This document shows, one piece after another, positions 24,061-36,061 of a DNA stretch of 64,000 bases. A program made the translations under genes and the position numbers. The stretch comes from Mustelus asterias (taxonomy: Eukaryota), in contig NW_027590264.1 in NCBI RefSeq assembly GCF_964213995.1, positions 310,001 to 374,000 on the forward strand. The letters are read 5' to 3'. Position 1 is the first letter of the stretch. Each line of letters starts with the position of its first letter. The notes below the pieces were generated by a model. That model was not told the origin of the DNA and did not search any database. It worked only from the letters and a program-made list of their open reading frames with translations.

Positions 24061-24432
24061 ATGCTCCGAATTTACAGACTCTGTTTGCTGTGTTTCGCTC
24101 TGACCTGCACGGGGGTGACTGGAGCAGATGAGGTGATGCAGCTCCCTCGGCGGAAGGTTGTTAGTGAAGGGGGAACCGTATCCATGAACTGCACCACGAT
24201 CACTACATTTAGCAACCTACATTGGTACAGACAGTCCCCGAATCAGCCACCCCAGCATCTGGTGATGGCCACAAGAGAAACCGATCTACACGAGAGGATC
24301 ACAGCCTCAATCGGTGGAGGCTACAAATTCAGCGCCCTGACTGTGAGAGACGCCGGAGTTACAGACACTGCCACCTATCTCTGCGCCGTGAGCCACAGTG
24401 TGACAAACACAGGGAAGTCCCATACAAAAACC
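24061..24432 (+). CDS. Single-exon TCR V gene, RSS 24394-24432
   Basis: MLRIYRLCLLCFALTCTGVTGADEV..TYLCAVS; CACAGTG + 23 + ACAAAAACC. Confidence 0.9.
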
Positions 24433-24772
24433 TGCACAGACTGCGAGAGCCACTCTGCTGTGTCTGCAGGAGCGGCAGAGAGAGTGATGTGATTGTTAAA
24501 AAAATCCGTAAAGAAAGGAAATGAGCGCAACACAAAATAAAACATACAATCTAGTTATTAAAATCCCGTTAAAATGAAGATAGTTGAAAACAGATGGAGA
24601 AGAGGAACGAGGGAACATGTAAACTCGACTGAATGAGAGGAAAACAGAACATAGGAAAGTTCAGTTATCATAGGAGAAGTGGACAGAAAATGAATAAACT
24701 GTTGAAATAGAAATGGAAGAGATTGGAAAGTGTGATAGACAGTTTAAAAATCAGGTAATATCATGAATAAAG

Positions 24773-25050
24773 TGGGGTGGCCTAGTGGTATCATCGTGAG
24801 ATTATTAACCCAGAAACTCAGTTAATATTCTGGGGACCCCGGTCCGAATTCCTGCACGGCAGGTGGTGAAACTTGAATTCAATAACAATTTAGAATCTAC
24901 TGAAACCATGAAACCATTGTAGATTGTCGGAAACACCCATCTGGTTCACTGATGTACTTTAGGGAAGGAAATCTGCCGCCCTTACCTTGTCTGGCCGACA
25001 TGTGACTCCAGAGCCACCGCAATGTGGTTGACTCTCAACTGCCCTCCAAC
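24773..25050 (+). mobile_element. Deu-domain SINE (SacSINE1-like); inverted copy at ~50758-51032
   Basis: GGTTCACT..TTTAGGGAAGGAAATCTGCC..ACATGTGACTCCAGA..AATGTGGTTGACTCT core. Confidence 0.75.
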
Positions 25051-25389
25051 GAGAGCCCGTGACGCCTAAGTCTCACAAATGACTAAAATAAACGCTGATA
25101 TTTACGAGATATTTAAACGGCTGAATTTCCTGAAACATCTCCTAAAATCCGGGCACTGGAAACTGCCCTATCGACAAATTTGCACTTTGCTCATTATCCG
25201 CACATTGAAAGTTTCACAACCTGTGAACCTGTGATGGGTGTGTCGAGCTGCGGTTCCTAAGGGACCGTGTTAGAGAACTGGAACTGCAGCTCCGGGATCA
25301 TCGTCTGGTTAGGGAAAATGAGGAGGTGACAGACAGGAGCTATCATCAGGTGGTCACACCAGGGCCAAGGGAGGCAGACAAGTGGGTAA

Positions 25390-25760
25390 GTATGGAGAAT
25401 TCAATTCACACCCCTGACTTGTACCTTGGAGATGGTGGACAGGCTTTGGGGAGTCACGAGGCGAGTTACTCGCCACAGGATTCCTAACCTTTGATCTGCT
25501 CCGGTAGCCACGGTATTCATATTCCTCGGTCCAGTTCAGCTTTCGGTCAACTCCCAGGATGTTGTTGGGGGTGGGGGAGAGGAAGGGGGGGAGCAGAGGG
25601 GAGGATTCAGCGATGGCAATGCCATTGAATATCAAGGAAAGTTCGTCAGATCCTCTTCTTTTGGAGACGGTCATTGCCTGGAACCTGTGTGACCTGAACG
25701 TTGCTTCCACTTATCAGTCCAAACCTGAATATTGTCCAGGTCTTTCTGTATTTGTGCAGA
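25390..25760 (-). mobile_element. Degenerate LINE fragment (copies at ~830-985 and ~50045-50415)
   Basis: Reads QAMTVSK..LIFNGIAIAES..NILGV..KLNW, resembling the post-RT region of a non-LTR element. Confidence 0.6.
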
Positions 25761-26040
25761 GACCAAATGTCTGATTCCAGACAGTGTAGTATCATGTTTA
25801 AATTAAAGAATGCGGATGATTTCCTCACCATAAAGCCCACACTCACTGAGCGACTGTTTCTTCAATCGGATTAGTTACATCATGACTCTCAATATGTCTG
25901 AGAAAAGCGAAGTCGCTGTCAGGAATTGCAAAGCCCCGGGCAACCCCGCTCACCTGCTCCATTTCCTGCTCTAGATCTGGCAGCTATTGCCTGCAGTCTG
26001 CTATATGTAGGATTGCTGCAGCAACTGAAAACAGGCGTGA

Positions 26041-26489
26041 GGTTTTTGTACAGTGACGAGCGTCTTTCCTCTCAGTGTGGGCTCTATCGCACAGTAATAC
26101 AGAGCGGCATCCGCGCTCTCCGTGTTTCCAATAAACAACTGGCCCCGTTTGCCCGCAGTGGAAAGTTCCAATTCGAACCGGTTTTTTCTCTCTTTGCCAC
26201 TCGATAATCTTCTTATTATCCACTCGAGTCCCTGACCGGGTTTTTGTCTGTACCAATACATTCCATCAATGCTGGACATCTCATAACTGCAGTTTATCTG
26301 CACCGAATCCCCGCTCTGGACTGTTCTCGCTGTGGGAGTTTGTGAAACTTGGTCCGAGCGACACCGATCTATAAAAAAACATTCATACAGTGAGACACTG
26401 GAGCAAAATTATTATAAATAAATAGCTCCACAAATAAATATCCTGCGCTTACAAGTTAGCACCACCAGAATGATAAGGAACAGTTTCAT
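26041..26489 (-). CDS. TCR V gene, RCRSD family (leader 26453-26489, V exon 26080-26368)
   Basis: MKLFLIILVVLT|gtaag; WYRQKPGQGLEWI..YYCAIEP; CACACTG + 23 + ACAAAAACC. Confidence 0.93.
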
Positions 26490-27035
26490 TTGCACCGTGT
26501 GATATAATAACAATGTCAGTAAGAATACGGAGCACAGCTCACAGCAGAAGACCATGGATTGAATCAACGTCTTCAACATCTGCACCAGATAAAGTTTCAG
26601 ACACTTGGGTTTTCTGCAATCTGATTGGCTGGAATCAGACTCCGTGCTTCCGGTATCAGGATGTGGTTGTTGATCCGAAGCTGCTTCTCTTCCGGGTCAC
26701 GTGTGAACAAATCAATTGTCCAAAAAACAGGACACTGCTTTACTGCAGTAACTGTCATTTATAAAAGTGGTTAAAGTTTAACTTCACCAATAAAGGCATG
26801 ATTTTAAAATGAGGTTTGCCCTCATTTTAAAGTTATGTATGATAAATGCGTGATCAATAATATGTTGCAAATATTGTTTCTCGATTTACTTTTGCAAATA
26901 TAATTGATTCCCCTTGTGTTTCAAGGGGACTTAAAGACCAGCCAAGCTGGTCTTCATATGATTTGGGTTCAATTACAAATCCACAATCCAGCTCACAGAT
27001 CTGATTCAGTGAGAGGAGGTGAGAGTGCCTTTGCC

Positions 27036-27513
27036 GGTTTTTGTACGGGCTGACTGTGTCTCTGGAGCAGTGTGGGGCTCAGCGCACAGTGATACACGGC
27101 AGAGTCAGAGACATGGACCCCGGTGATTGTTAAAGGAACTGTTCTCTTGTCTTTGTCCAATTCAGCCGAAAACCGGTCAGGGAAATCTGGAGACTTTTCC
27201 CCCTGTCCCTTGCCGTATTTCTTCAGTAAATATCTCGGAGCTTCCCCGGGATATTGAATGTACCAGAAGAGAGTCTCGCCAGTCGTGTATTTTGTTGTGT
27301 AGTTGCAGTTCAATATTACCGTCTGCCCTTCCTGGACCGTGAATTCGGGCCGGTCCTGGGAAACTGAATCTTGGCCATTGGTTCCTGTAACAACATATAG
27401 AATGTGTGAGAAATCTGAGTGAATATAACCCATGAAACACACACTGAGGATTTGAGCTCAGACTCACCGGGCAGCATGACCATTATTATCAGTAAAGCAC
27501 ACAGGGAACACAT
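27036..27513 (-). CDS. TCR V gene (leader 27468-27513, V exon 27075-27384)
   Basis: MCSLCALLIIMVMLP|gtgagt; LNCNY..WYIQYPG..VYHCALSP; CACACTG + 23 + ACAAAAACC. Confidence 0.93.
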
Positions 27514-30186
27514 GGTTCCTGATTGGACAGTAAACAGCCACACTGTTTAAACGATGTTGCTGCTTCTAGTTTATATCACAGAGTCAACTCAGATCAGAGG
27601 CAACTGCAATTATTGGGAAACTGGGGGGCGTTTCTCAGTGCTGCGATTGGTTAGTCTGCCTGAGATGATGTTAGCTTTGGATCAATCACTGTTAGTTGAC
27701 GACGAAGTGCGGCTGGCTTTCTCCAATCAAATTGTAGCCCAGGCTGAGTGCGTCTTTCTCACCCTCTTGCTCTCTGTCACATTCTCAGTCATTCTGTCTC
27801 TTTCTCGGTTTAACTCTCTTTCCTTCCAACCGGAGATCAGCTCTTTATATGACACCAGAGCCTGTCTTCATATTGCAATAGACCACGTTTCCGTTGCCAT
27901 CAGGATAGTATTAATTACGATATCTATCGGTGCGTGTGTCAGAATTCAATCATTTTAGTCAGAGTAAATTAACGATAATAGTGAAAGAGTATATTTAATC
28001 TTATTAACGTTTCTAAGTACAAACCCAGAGGCCTCAGATGTCTGCGGTTTTATTTGATCGGATTAACTCGCTCATGTTAAATGTTATTTATTTTTATACC
28101 AGTTTGTGACGACTTCTCAAGAACCTTAATCTTATTACCACGCGCTTGACCTGTTTACGCGGAACTTTTCGTTCTGACAGGTAGATTTCCTCGGGTTGCG
28201 ATTGGAAATAGAACTGTACACGGATTGAACAACTGAGGATTTAGATGGAGATCCCGTGAGGGAAGCAAACGCTGCAACACAGGAATTTTCAGGCTAAGTA
28301 ATAAAGATAAAGGGATGGAAAGACAATGGGAAACAATCTCATGTCTTTCGTCTGACTCCAGAGAATTATAACACAATTTACTCAGCATTTCATCAATTTC
28401 AACATGGGGAACACGACAAGCCCCCTTTGTTCTACAGAACTTCCAATTTCATGCCATTCGTTGAATACTTCGTTGTCAAATTATTCCTTCTAAATTTAAT
28501 CACCACTCTTTTCAGGGTTAAATTCCATCTGCAACTTACCGGCCCATTTGAACATTCCATCCATATCTTCTTGTCGTCAAAGAGACTCAACCTCAGTGTT
28601 AACCACTCGCCAAATGAAAGTGGTCATCTTTCAATCTGTATTCTCTGACAACGCTGGCAGTTTTAGACTTCGCAGTCAACTGATGGGACGAGTGGAATGT
28701 GCAGGAAACGTTTTGATTGCAATTTATTGAAGGACTGAGTGTGGATTTTTCTCTCTCCCTTTGGCTCTCCACAATCTGGCCGATGAAAAACAGAATGAGA
28801 GAGAGGCGGAAAAGATAGGAGTATGAGGACGATGTTGATGTGGGGCGGTTTATTAAGAGAGGCAAAGGTTCTGTAGTTCTCTACAGAGTTGGAGTGGGGA
28901 GAGGTGACTGATAGAAGTTGGAGCTCAATTGCTGATGCTGAATGTACATACAGCACTAGTCCAGGCGTGAGGAGGTTTAGTGGTTGTGCAGGGAGAACCT
29001 GGCCAACCATCTCCAAAAGGAAACCCACCGATTCCTGTTAATCATCTGGAAAATCTGAACTGGACCGCCTCGATTGCAATTATATTTCCCTTAAAATAAC
29101 GAGACGCAGGAGTATATACATTATTTCTAATATGGGTTCTCCATCTACAGTGCTGCAACCGTCAAAGCCTCGGGTCACTTGTTAGAGTGTGGTATTAAAA
29201 GGAGCTACTAGCTCCATTTGTCGCTCTTGTGTCCGGCGCCACACGATCAGCTGAGGTTTGCAAACTGAAAGGGTACTTATACTTATACATTATATCGGGT
29301 CTATTTCAGATTAAATAATATTTTATTGCCAGTTTTACAAAAACTCTGGACTGATACTTTTTTTTTCAATCTACCAATCAAAAGTAATCGAAGGCTTTGA
29401 ATATTACCAGGATAAGTTAGTTGAAAGTCCAAGACATTTCGAGAATGCAACAGTTCAAGATCGAGGGAATAGCTTCCACACAGACTGCAAGGAACATGGC
29501 ATAAGGAAGAAGATGAAAGTTTGAATGAATGATACAGGACACATCCTCACTCATCTCCAAAGATACCAGAAATTGTACATGTGTTTCCGAAAGTAGTTTG
29601 GACACGTGATTTACCCCTCTCTCGGAGTAATCTCCATAAAATATTATCTGTGAACAACTTGAGGGTAAATGTCTGTCTTATTGATTTTAAACTGTTTCTT
29701 GCTGAATAGCAGCAGTGCGATGTTTCCAATCATCCTGCTTCTGGCACCTCTCTTGCATGAACAGAAGAATCCCGAATCTGCACTAATTTCATGATTACAA
29801 TTTCATTCAAATTCTGAAATTGTAGACTGACATTATGTGATAGAAATATTCGTAACTCCTTTAATTCACTTCAGTTCAGTACATAGTGTTAATCAATATT
29901 CATCTTTTTTCACCAAACTGCTGGACAAATCTGTTTGCCTTCAGTCAGTTCCTATACTATGAGTGCAAAAGACTTTCAATAAACATATATTTTGCAATAA
30001 AAGCCGAAGTCATCATGTTTGTTCATTGATCGTGATTAATGTCATTCCGCACATCATTTAATTGTTTCACCAGGGGACTTTCCTCACTCGGTAAATATAG
30101 AATGTTTTCATTGTGCGCATCAGTGTTAAAAGTGAGAGTGGTCTCCAGTACAACCAGTGATCATTGAATCTCTGAGTCACTAAACC

Positions 30187-31855
30187 ATGTTCTGGATTAT
30201 TCCACTTGAGCTTCGTGTTGCTTGGGTACTTCACGATATCCAAAGGATTTACTACCCACTCCTCGCTGCAGTTGGTGTAGCTGGTGAGTTAAATTTCACT
30301 CTGTTGATTGCACTTGTCCATGAGACCCAATTAATAATTTTATAATGTGCAAACTTCATGTTGCATATGTGCTAATGCAATTGGAAAATTTCTCTATCTT
30401 CCCAGCAGACATTTTCCCTACTCTTGCCTGGTGGTTGCTCTCTATTTCCCACTTTCCCCCTTCCCCACTACCAACCCCCTCTCCTCACTCCCACCACACC
30501 TTCACCGGCCACTTCCACTATTCCTGCCTTAATATCTACAGGGTCCTGCCTCAGTAAAATAAAATATATAATTTCCAGTTTTGTGATTTACAGCCAATTC
30601 CAAATCAACTGATGCAATATCTTCAGATGCACAGTCTGCAGCACAGCCACAGCAGAGTGACCCAGACCAGGAACATTCCGTCCAAACCCATTGGTACCAT
30701 TGTGTCTCCCAAATACAAATAAAGAGAAGGCAGGGAATTGGAGATCTGCTCTGTTGGTAAATTTAGTTTCTTGATAGCTCAGTGCGATGCTTTCCTACTG
30801 TGAACCCAGTCTCAGCAGAACAGGTGAATCCATGTTTTTCTGAGGCTGGACTCTGTAAAACAAAATCCTGCAGCTGTTCCCCAGAAACCTGCCAGATTAC
30901 TGCTCCTGTTCTCAGTCTGAAATATGAGTTAATTGTCTCTCACTTCCCTGCAGTGAACTTATTGACGATTCTTATCCTGTCTCGAGGGAGGTGTGGACTT
31001 TCCAAATGTGTCTCACGTTACCTAATTTCCATGTCAGCGGCGGATCTACTCGTCGTCATCATCGACCTCGTATTGAGGCAAATTCCCATCAGTTTCAGAG
31101 ATCAATTTGTCTTCATGTATCATGTTAAAGTGTGCAATATCCATGCCGTCCTGCTTTACGCAGTCACTGACTGTTCTGTCTGGTTCACTGTCACTTTTAC
31201 CTTTGATCGATTCGTGGCCATGACTTGTCAGAAGCTGAAAATAAAATACTGCACTGAGGAAACGGCAACTGTGGTTCTAGGAACAGTGAGTGTGGTATTC
31301 ACTGTAAAAAACACTTTCTGGTACTTTATGTGTGAGAATAGCTATTGGCTTTCCAATACTCCCTATTTCTGTTCTGTAGATTTTGATGTCTCCTCCTCAC
31401 CAGCATGGACAGCAGCTGAAAGTCTCCACTATATTTTAACCCCGACTATTCCTTTTGTGTTGGTTGTGCTGTTCAACGTTTTAACCGTTAAATACATTGT
31501 AGTGTTGAGTAAAGTCCGCAGGAGACTTCGGACCCACAAGAATGGGGAAAGTCCAAGTGACCCAGAGATAGAGAAAAGAAGAAAATCTATCATCATACTG
31601 TTTGCAATATCGGGAAATTTTCTCCTGTTATGGTCAGTGTTCCTCTTCTATTGTTTTTATGACCGACTGTACATGTTTAAATTATTTCTGTCGCGTTTAC
31701 CACATTTTCTTCAGGAATTAGGATTTATGCTCCAACTCCTGAGTTGCTGCACCAACACATGCATCTATGCAGTGACACAGACACAGTTCAGAGAGGATCT
31801 GAAAAATGTGGTGATGTTTCCAGTAACTGGAATTTTGAAATTCATTAAACAGTAA
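30187..31855 (+). CDS. Two-exon class A GPCR, GPR139/GPR142-like (exon 1 30187-30283, exon 2 30954-31855, ~332 aa)
   Basis: MFWIIPLELRVAWVLHDIQRIYYPLLAAVGVA|gtgagt..cag|VNLLTIL..SMSAADLL..FTFDRFVA..NTCIY; seven hydrophobic segments; phase-1 splice keeps frame; AATAAA ~31899. Confidence 0.88.
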
Positions 31856-31950
31856 TAAGCTATTCTATCACGACAATGTATTTATCTGATGTTTTGCTAA
31901 TAAATTAGAGCGCGCACCCTGCTGGGCACTAACTGGAACTGCCAGTGTGG

Positions 31951-32488
31951 GGTTTTTGCACGGCATTGGCTATGTCTCTGCAGCAGTGTGGGCTCCATGG
32001 CACAGAAGTACACGGCGCTGTCGGAAATCAGTGTGTTACTGATTGTCAGCTCACTAGTCTTGTTCTTTTTATCAAATTTGGAAGAAAATCGATCATTGAG
32101 GTCGGGATTCTTTTGCACATTCTCTCCAATAAGCTTAAACATGTACACCGGAGCTTTCCCGGGCTGCTGACTGTACCAGTACACATAAGGGTTGGAATCG
32201 CTTGTTTTCAAAGCGCAGGTTAGTGTGACATCATTTTCCTCTTTAACCTTTATTCCAGGATCCAATTGTTCCACTTCGTCTTGGTGGCTCCATTCTAACA
32301 GAAACAACAGCAATATGACAATCAGAGTTAGCCTCAGATTAAACGATACAATTATCATCATCACTATTGTTTTATCAACAAGAATATCTGGGTTACAGCT
32401 GTCAGGAGGAGCATGTAGTTTTACGGGGAAGAAAATACTTACTGAGAAGTGAGAGAATGATGAGGATCGGAGTGAGATAGTTCACCAT
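31951..32488 (-). CDS. TCR V gene (leader 32443-32488, V exon 31991-32294)
   Basis: MVNYLTPILIILSLL|gtaag; LTCAL..WYSQQPG..YFCAMEP; CACACTG + 24 + GCAAAAACC. Confidence 0.92.
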
Positions 32489-33501
32489 GATGCTTCCTGA
32501 GTCTGTAACTCTGCAATGAGTGAAATCCTGTCAGAGACAGAAAGACACTGTTCCACTGCACTGCTGATCCAACCAATGAGAGGAATGGAGCAGCGGCAGC
32601 AATCCGTCCAATCACACAATTGGTTCAGAGTGAGAGCAGAAAACGGAAGTCGTGGGCGGGGATGCAGGAGACAAAATATTGAGTGAAGTGTGCGGCAGCT
32701 TCAGCTGCACCCGGAACGGAAATAGCGAGACTTCCATCTCTGGAATCTGTCACCATTCTGCACCTGCTCACTGTTCAAGTGACTGAGAAGAAATAAAGAG
32801 GGAGGGGCATAACGGGGCCAGGGACATGAACAAAATAGAAACATAGCGTATCAATGCAGGAGATGTGGCCACTCGGACCATGGTATCTTTGCTTGACAGA
32901 ATTCAGAATTGATGTGAGAATTCAGAATTGACAGAATTCTTCAATTCAGCTTTCAAACCCCGCATCTCTCACAGTGACTGCATCTTTCTGCTTTCAACCT
33001 ATCTCCCATTCCCTTCTGAAACTTACTGTTATCTCTTTTTCCGCCATCTCTTTAGACACCGCGGGGATAGGCCTGGGTAAGAGTCGATGCACACTTGATG
33101 GGCCGAATGGCCTCCTTTTGCACTGTAGGGATCCGATGACCACCTTCCAAGTTTAACAAATCGCAGAGTAATCAATGAATCTAATCTTTCCATTGCCCTC
33201 TCACCTCCTAAAGTAGACGCTTGTGTTTTCCAAAGTTCTGCCGGCGGAAACTGTGACATGCGATTTACTTTGACAAAACCACATGATGTTGAGCACCTCA
33301 GCTGGTCTCTCTTTACCTCCTTTGATATTAAGAGATGAACTCCTGTGTCACAGTGGATCGCGTCTGTGCCTCTGAGGCAGAAACATCGGCTTCAATTCGA
33401 AAGCCAGTACCTGATAGCTGAGGATATTTATTGGAGCCTCAGCCATTACTATCCACAACTCCAGACAATAACATGGAAAAAAAGTGAACAGAGTACATAA
33501 G

Positions 33502-33679
33502 AAGATGTGCGGGTTAGGTTGATTGGCCAGGTTAAAAATTGCCCCTTAGAGTCCTGAGATGCGTAAGTGAGAGGGATTAGCGGGTAAATATGTGGGGGTA
33601 GGGCCTGGGTGGGATTGTGGTCGGTGCAGACTCGATGGGCCGAATGGCCTCCTTCTGCACTGTAGGGTTTCTATTCTAT
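33502..33679 (+). mobile_element. 5'-truncated HE1-like SINE
   Basis: Matches 3' half of the 2779 element. Confidence 0.85.
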
Positions 33680-34174
33680 AAGTGTTTTGCCGCTGTAACT
33701 CAGACTGCTCCGAGGGAATGGTTTGAACGGAGGACAGGTTGTTATAGGAGCACAGAGCCCTATTCCAATTCGGGCTGTGATGTATTTCAAACTCGCCTCC
33801 TTGTCCTTCGCGTGGTTCAGTTCATCGCGCTATGGGTCGGACCTGTCTCTTTGCAGAGAACTCCAGAAGAATTGCAGTTTGCATAGTCCATCTGCATCGC
33901 AATTCCTCATCCCTGGCATTATTCTGGTGTATTGCCGCCGCCCTTATTCCAAAGTCATTACCCGCTTTCGAATCGTTTACCCAAGATTGTACACAGAGCC
34001 CTTGTTACCGTTAAACGAAGATGTCTGCGGTTTTAGAATCATAGAATCATAGATTTATTGGTTTACAAATCAAAGCAGAAATATCAGACAACATCTTCCA
34101 GATATTTAAATTAGACCTAATTATACATAGTCCTTGCTGTTTTTCCTGGTAAGCCAGAAAGTGGTATAAAAGTG

Positions 34175-34501
34175 GGGCGGCACGGTAGCGCAGTGGTTAG
34201 CACTGCTGCTTTACAGCTCCAGGGACCTGGGTTCGATTCCTGGCTTGGGTCACTGTCTGTGTGGAGTTTGCACATTCTCCTCGTGTCTGCGTGGGTTTCC
34301 TCCGGGTGCTCCGGTTTCCTCCCACAGTCCAAAGATGTGCGGGATAGGTTGATTGGCCAGGTTAAAATTGCCCCTTAGTGTCCCGAGATGCGTGGATTAG
34401 CGGGCAAAATATATGGGGGTAGGGCCTGGGTGGGATTGTGGTCGGTGCAGACTCGATGGGCCGAATGGCCTCGTTCTGTACTGTAGGGATTCTATGATCT
34501 A
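34175..34501 (+). mobile_element. HE1-like V-SINE
   Basis: Full-length match to family. Confidence 0.9.
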
Positions 34502-35179
34502 TAAACTCTTGTAGAATGTAGAATCGGCAATTGTTGAAAGCAATCTTGATTCTTGCAGGTGAAAAAAATCTGGACACTTGTCCCTATTTTAATGTTGCCA
34601 CCGTTTGGCGAAGCACGTGCGTATAAATTATAAAATGGGACGTTTGGGGATGATAACAGGATATTCCTCTTGTCATGGTACGAATGATTATAATATAATT
34701 AAGATTTCACCTGAAGAGGGAGGGACATCAAACTAAATCGTTGATGCTTCAGTTGAAATCCTGGAGAAAACGGAGCCAGAGCCGAGAGGCGGGAGGACCT
34801 GGTTACATTTGAAACGAATATTTGAATTGCAGCTTCAGTAGAATTCGCATGACTGATCATTTCAATTTGAAATCAATGCCTTCATTGATGAACAGTTAAA
34901 CTTTAAACACTTTTATCAATGAAAGTAGCTGCAGTAAAGAAGCGCGCTGGGTTATTGACAACTGACTTGTTCATAAGTGACCCGAAAGAGAAGCGGCGGC
35001 GGATCAACAAACCACATCCTGACATCCGAAGAACAGAGTCTGATTCCAGCCAATCAGACTGCAAAAAACTGAAACTTTATCTGGTGCTCCATTAGTGGCG
35101 GATTGAAGCTGTTGATTCACTCCGTGCTTTTCTGCTGCGAGTTCTGCTCCGGTTCCCTTCTGACATTTTTGTTGTATTA

Positions 35180-35637
35180 ATGGATCTGTTCGTTTTCATT
35201 CTGATTCTACTAACTTGTAAGTGCAGGAAATTTACTCGGTCACTTGTAGAGACTGTTTATTTAAAAACGTTTTGCTCCAGTGCCTCATTGTCTGAATGTT
35301 TTTTCATAGATCGGTGTCGCTCGGACCAAGTTTCACAAACTCCCACAGCGAGAACAGTCCAGAGCGGGGATTCGGTGCTGATAAACTGCAGTTATGAGAT
35401 GTCCAGCATTGATGGAATGTATTGGTACAGACAAAAACCCGGTCAGAGACTGGAGTGGATAATAAGAAGATTCTCGAATGGCAAAGAGAGAAAAGACCGG
35501 TTCGAATTGGAACTTTCCACTGCGGGCAAACGGGGCCAGTTGGTTATTGGAAACACGGAGAGCGCGGATGCCGCTCTGTATTACTGTGCGATACAGCCCA
35601 CACTGAGAGGAAAGACGCTCGTCACTGTACAAAAACC
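35180..35637 (+). CDS. TCR V gene, RCRSD family (leader 35180-35216, V exon 35310-35598)
   Basis: MDLFVFILILLT|gtaag; WYRQKPGQRLEWI..YYCAIQP; CACACTG + 23 + ACAAAAACC. Confidence 0.93.
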
Positions 35638-36061
35638 TCACGCCTGTTTTCAGTTGCTGCAGCAATCCTGCCTCGTACATCTCCTTTAAACCTCGCCCCT
35701 CACACCTTAAACCTATGCCCCCTAGTAATTGGCTCTTCCACCCTGGGAAAAAGCTTCTGACTATCCACTCTGTCCATGCCCCTCATAATCTTGTAGACTT
35801 CTATCAGGTCTCCCCTCAAACCTCCGTCGATCCAGTGAGAACAAACCAAGTATTTTTCAATGAGATTCCCCCTTCATCTCTCTAAACTCCATCGAATGCA
35901 GATCCAAAGTCCTCAGCTGTCTGCGGTTTTATTTGATCGGCCTCACACGCTCATATTGAATGTTATTTATTGTGACGGTTTCTCAAGAACACTAATCTCA
36001 TTGTGCGTGACCTGGTGACGCTGAACTCTTTATCCTCCGCGGTAGATTTCAGAGGGTTGCG

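Larger units (their letters stand above)
21914..24752. repeat. Tandem duplication, period ~1420 bp, of a head-to-head V pair
   Basis: 21914-23333 matches 23334-24752 (paired ORFs 22085/23505). Confidence 0.9.

Noticed and set aside
30782-30953. N-terminal 57 aa of the 357-aa ORF
   Set aside because: Intron sequence; true exon 1 is at 30187-30283 and supplies TM1
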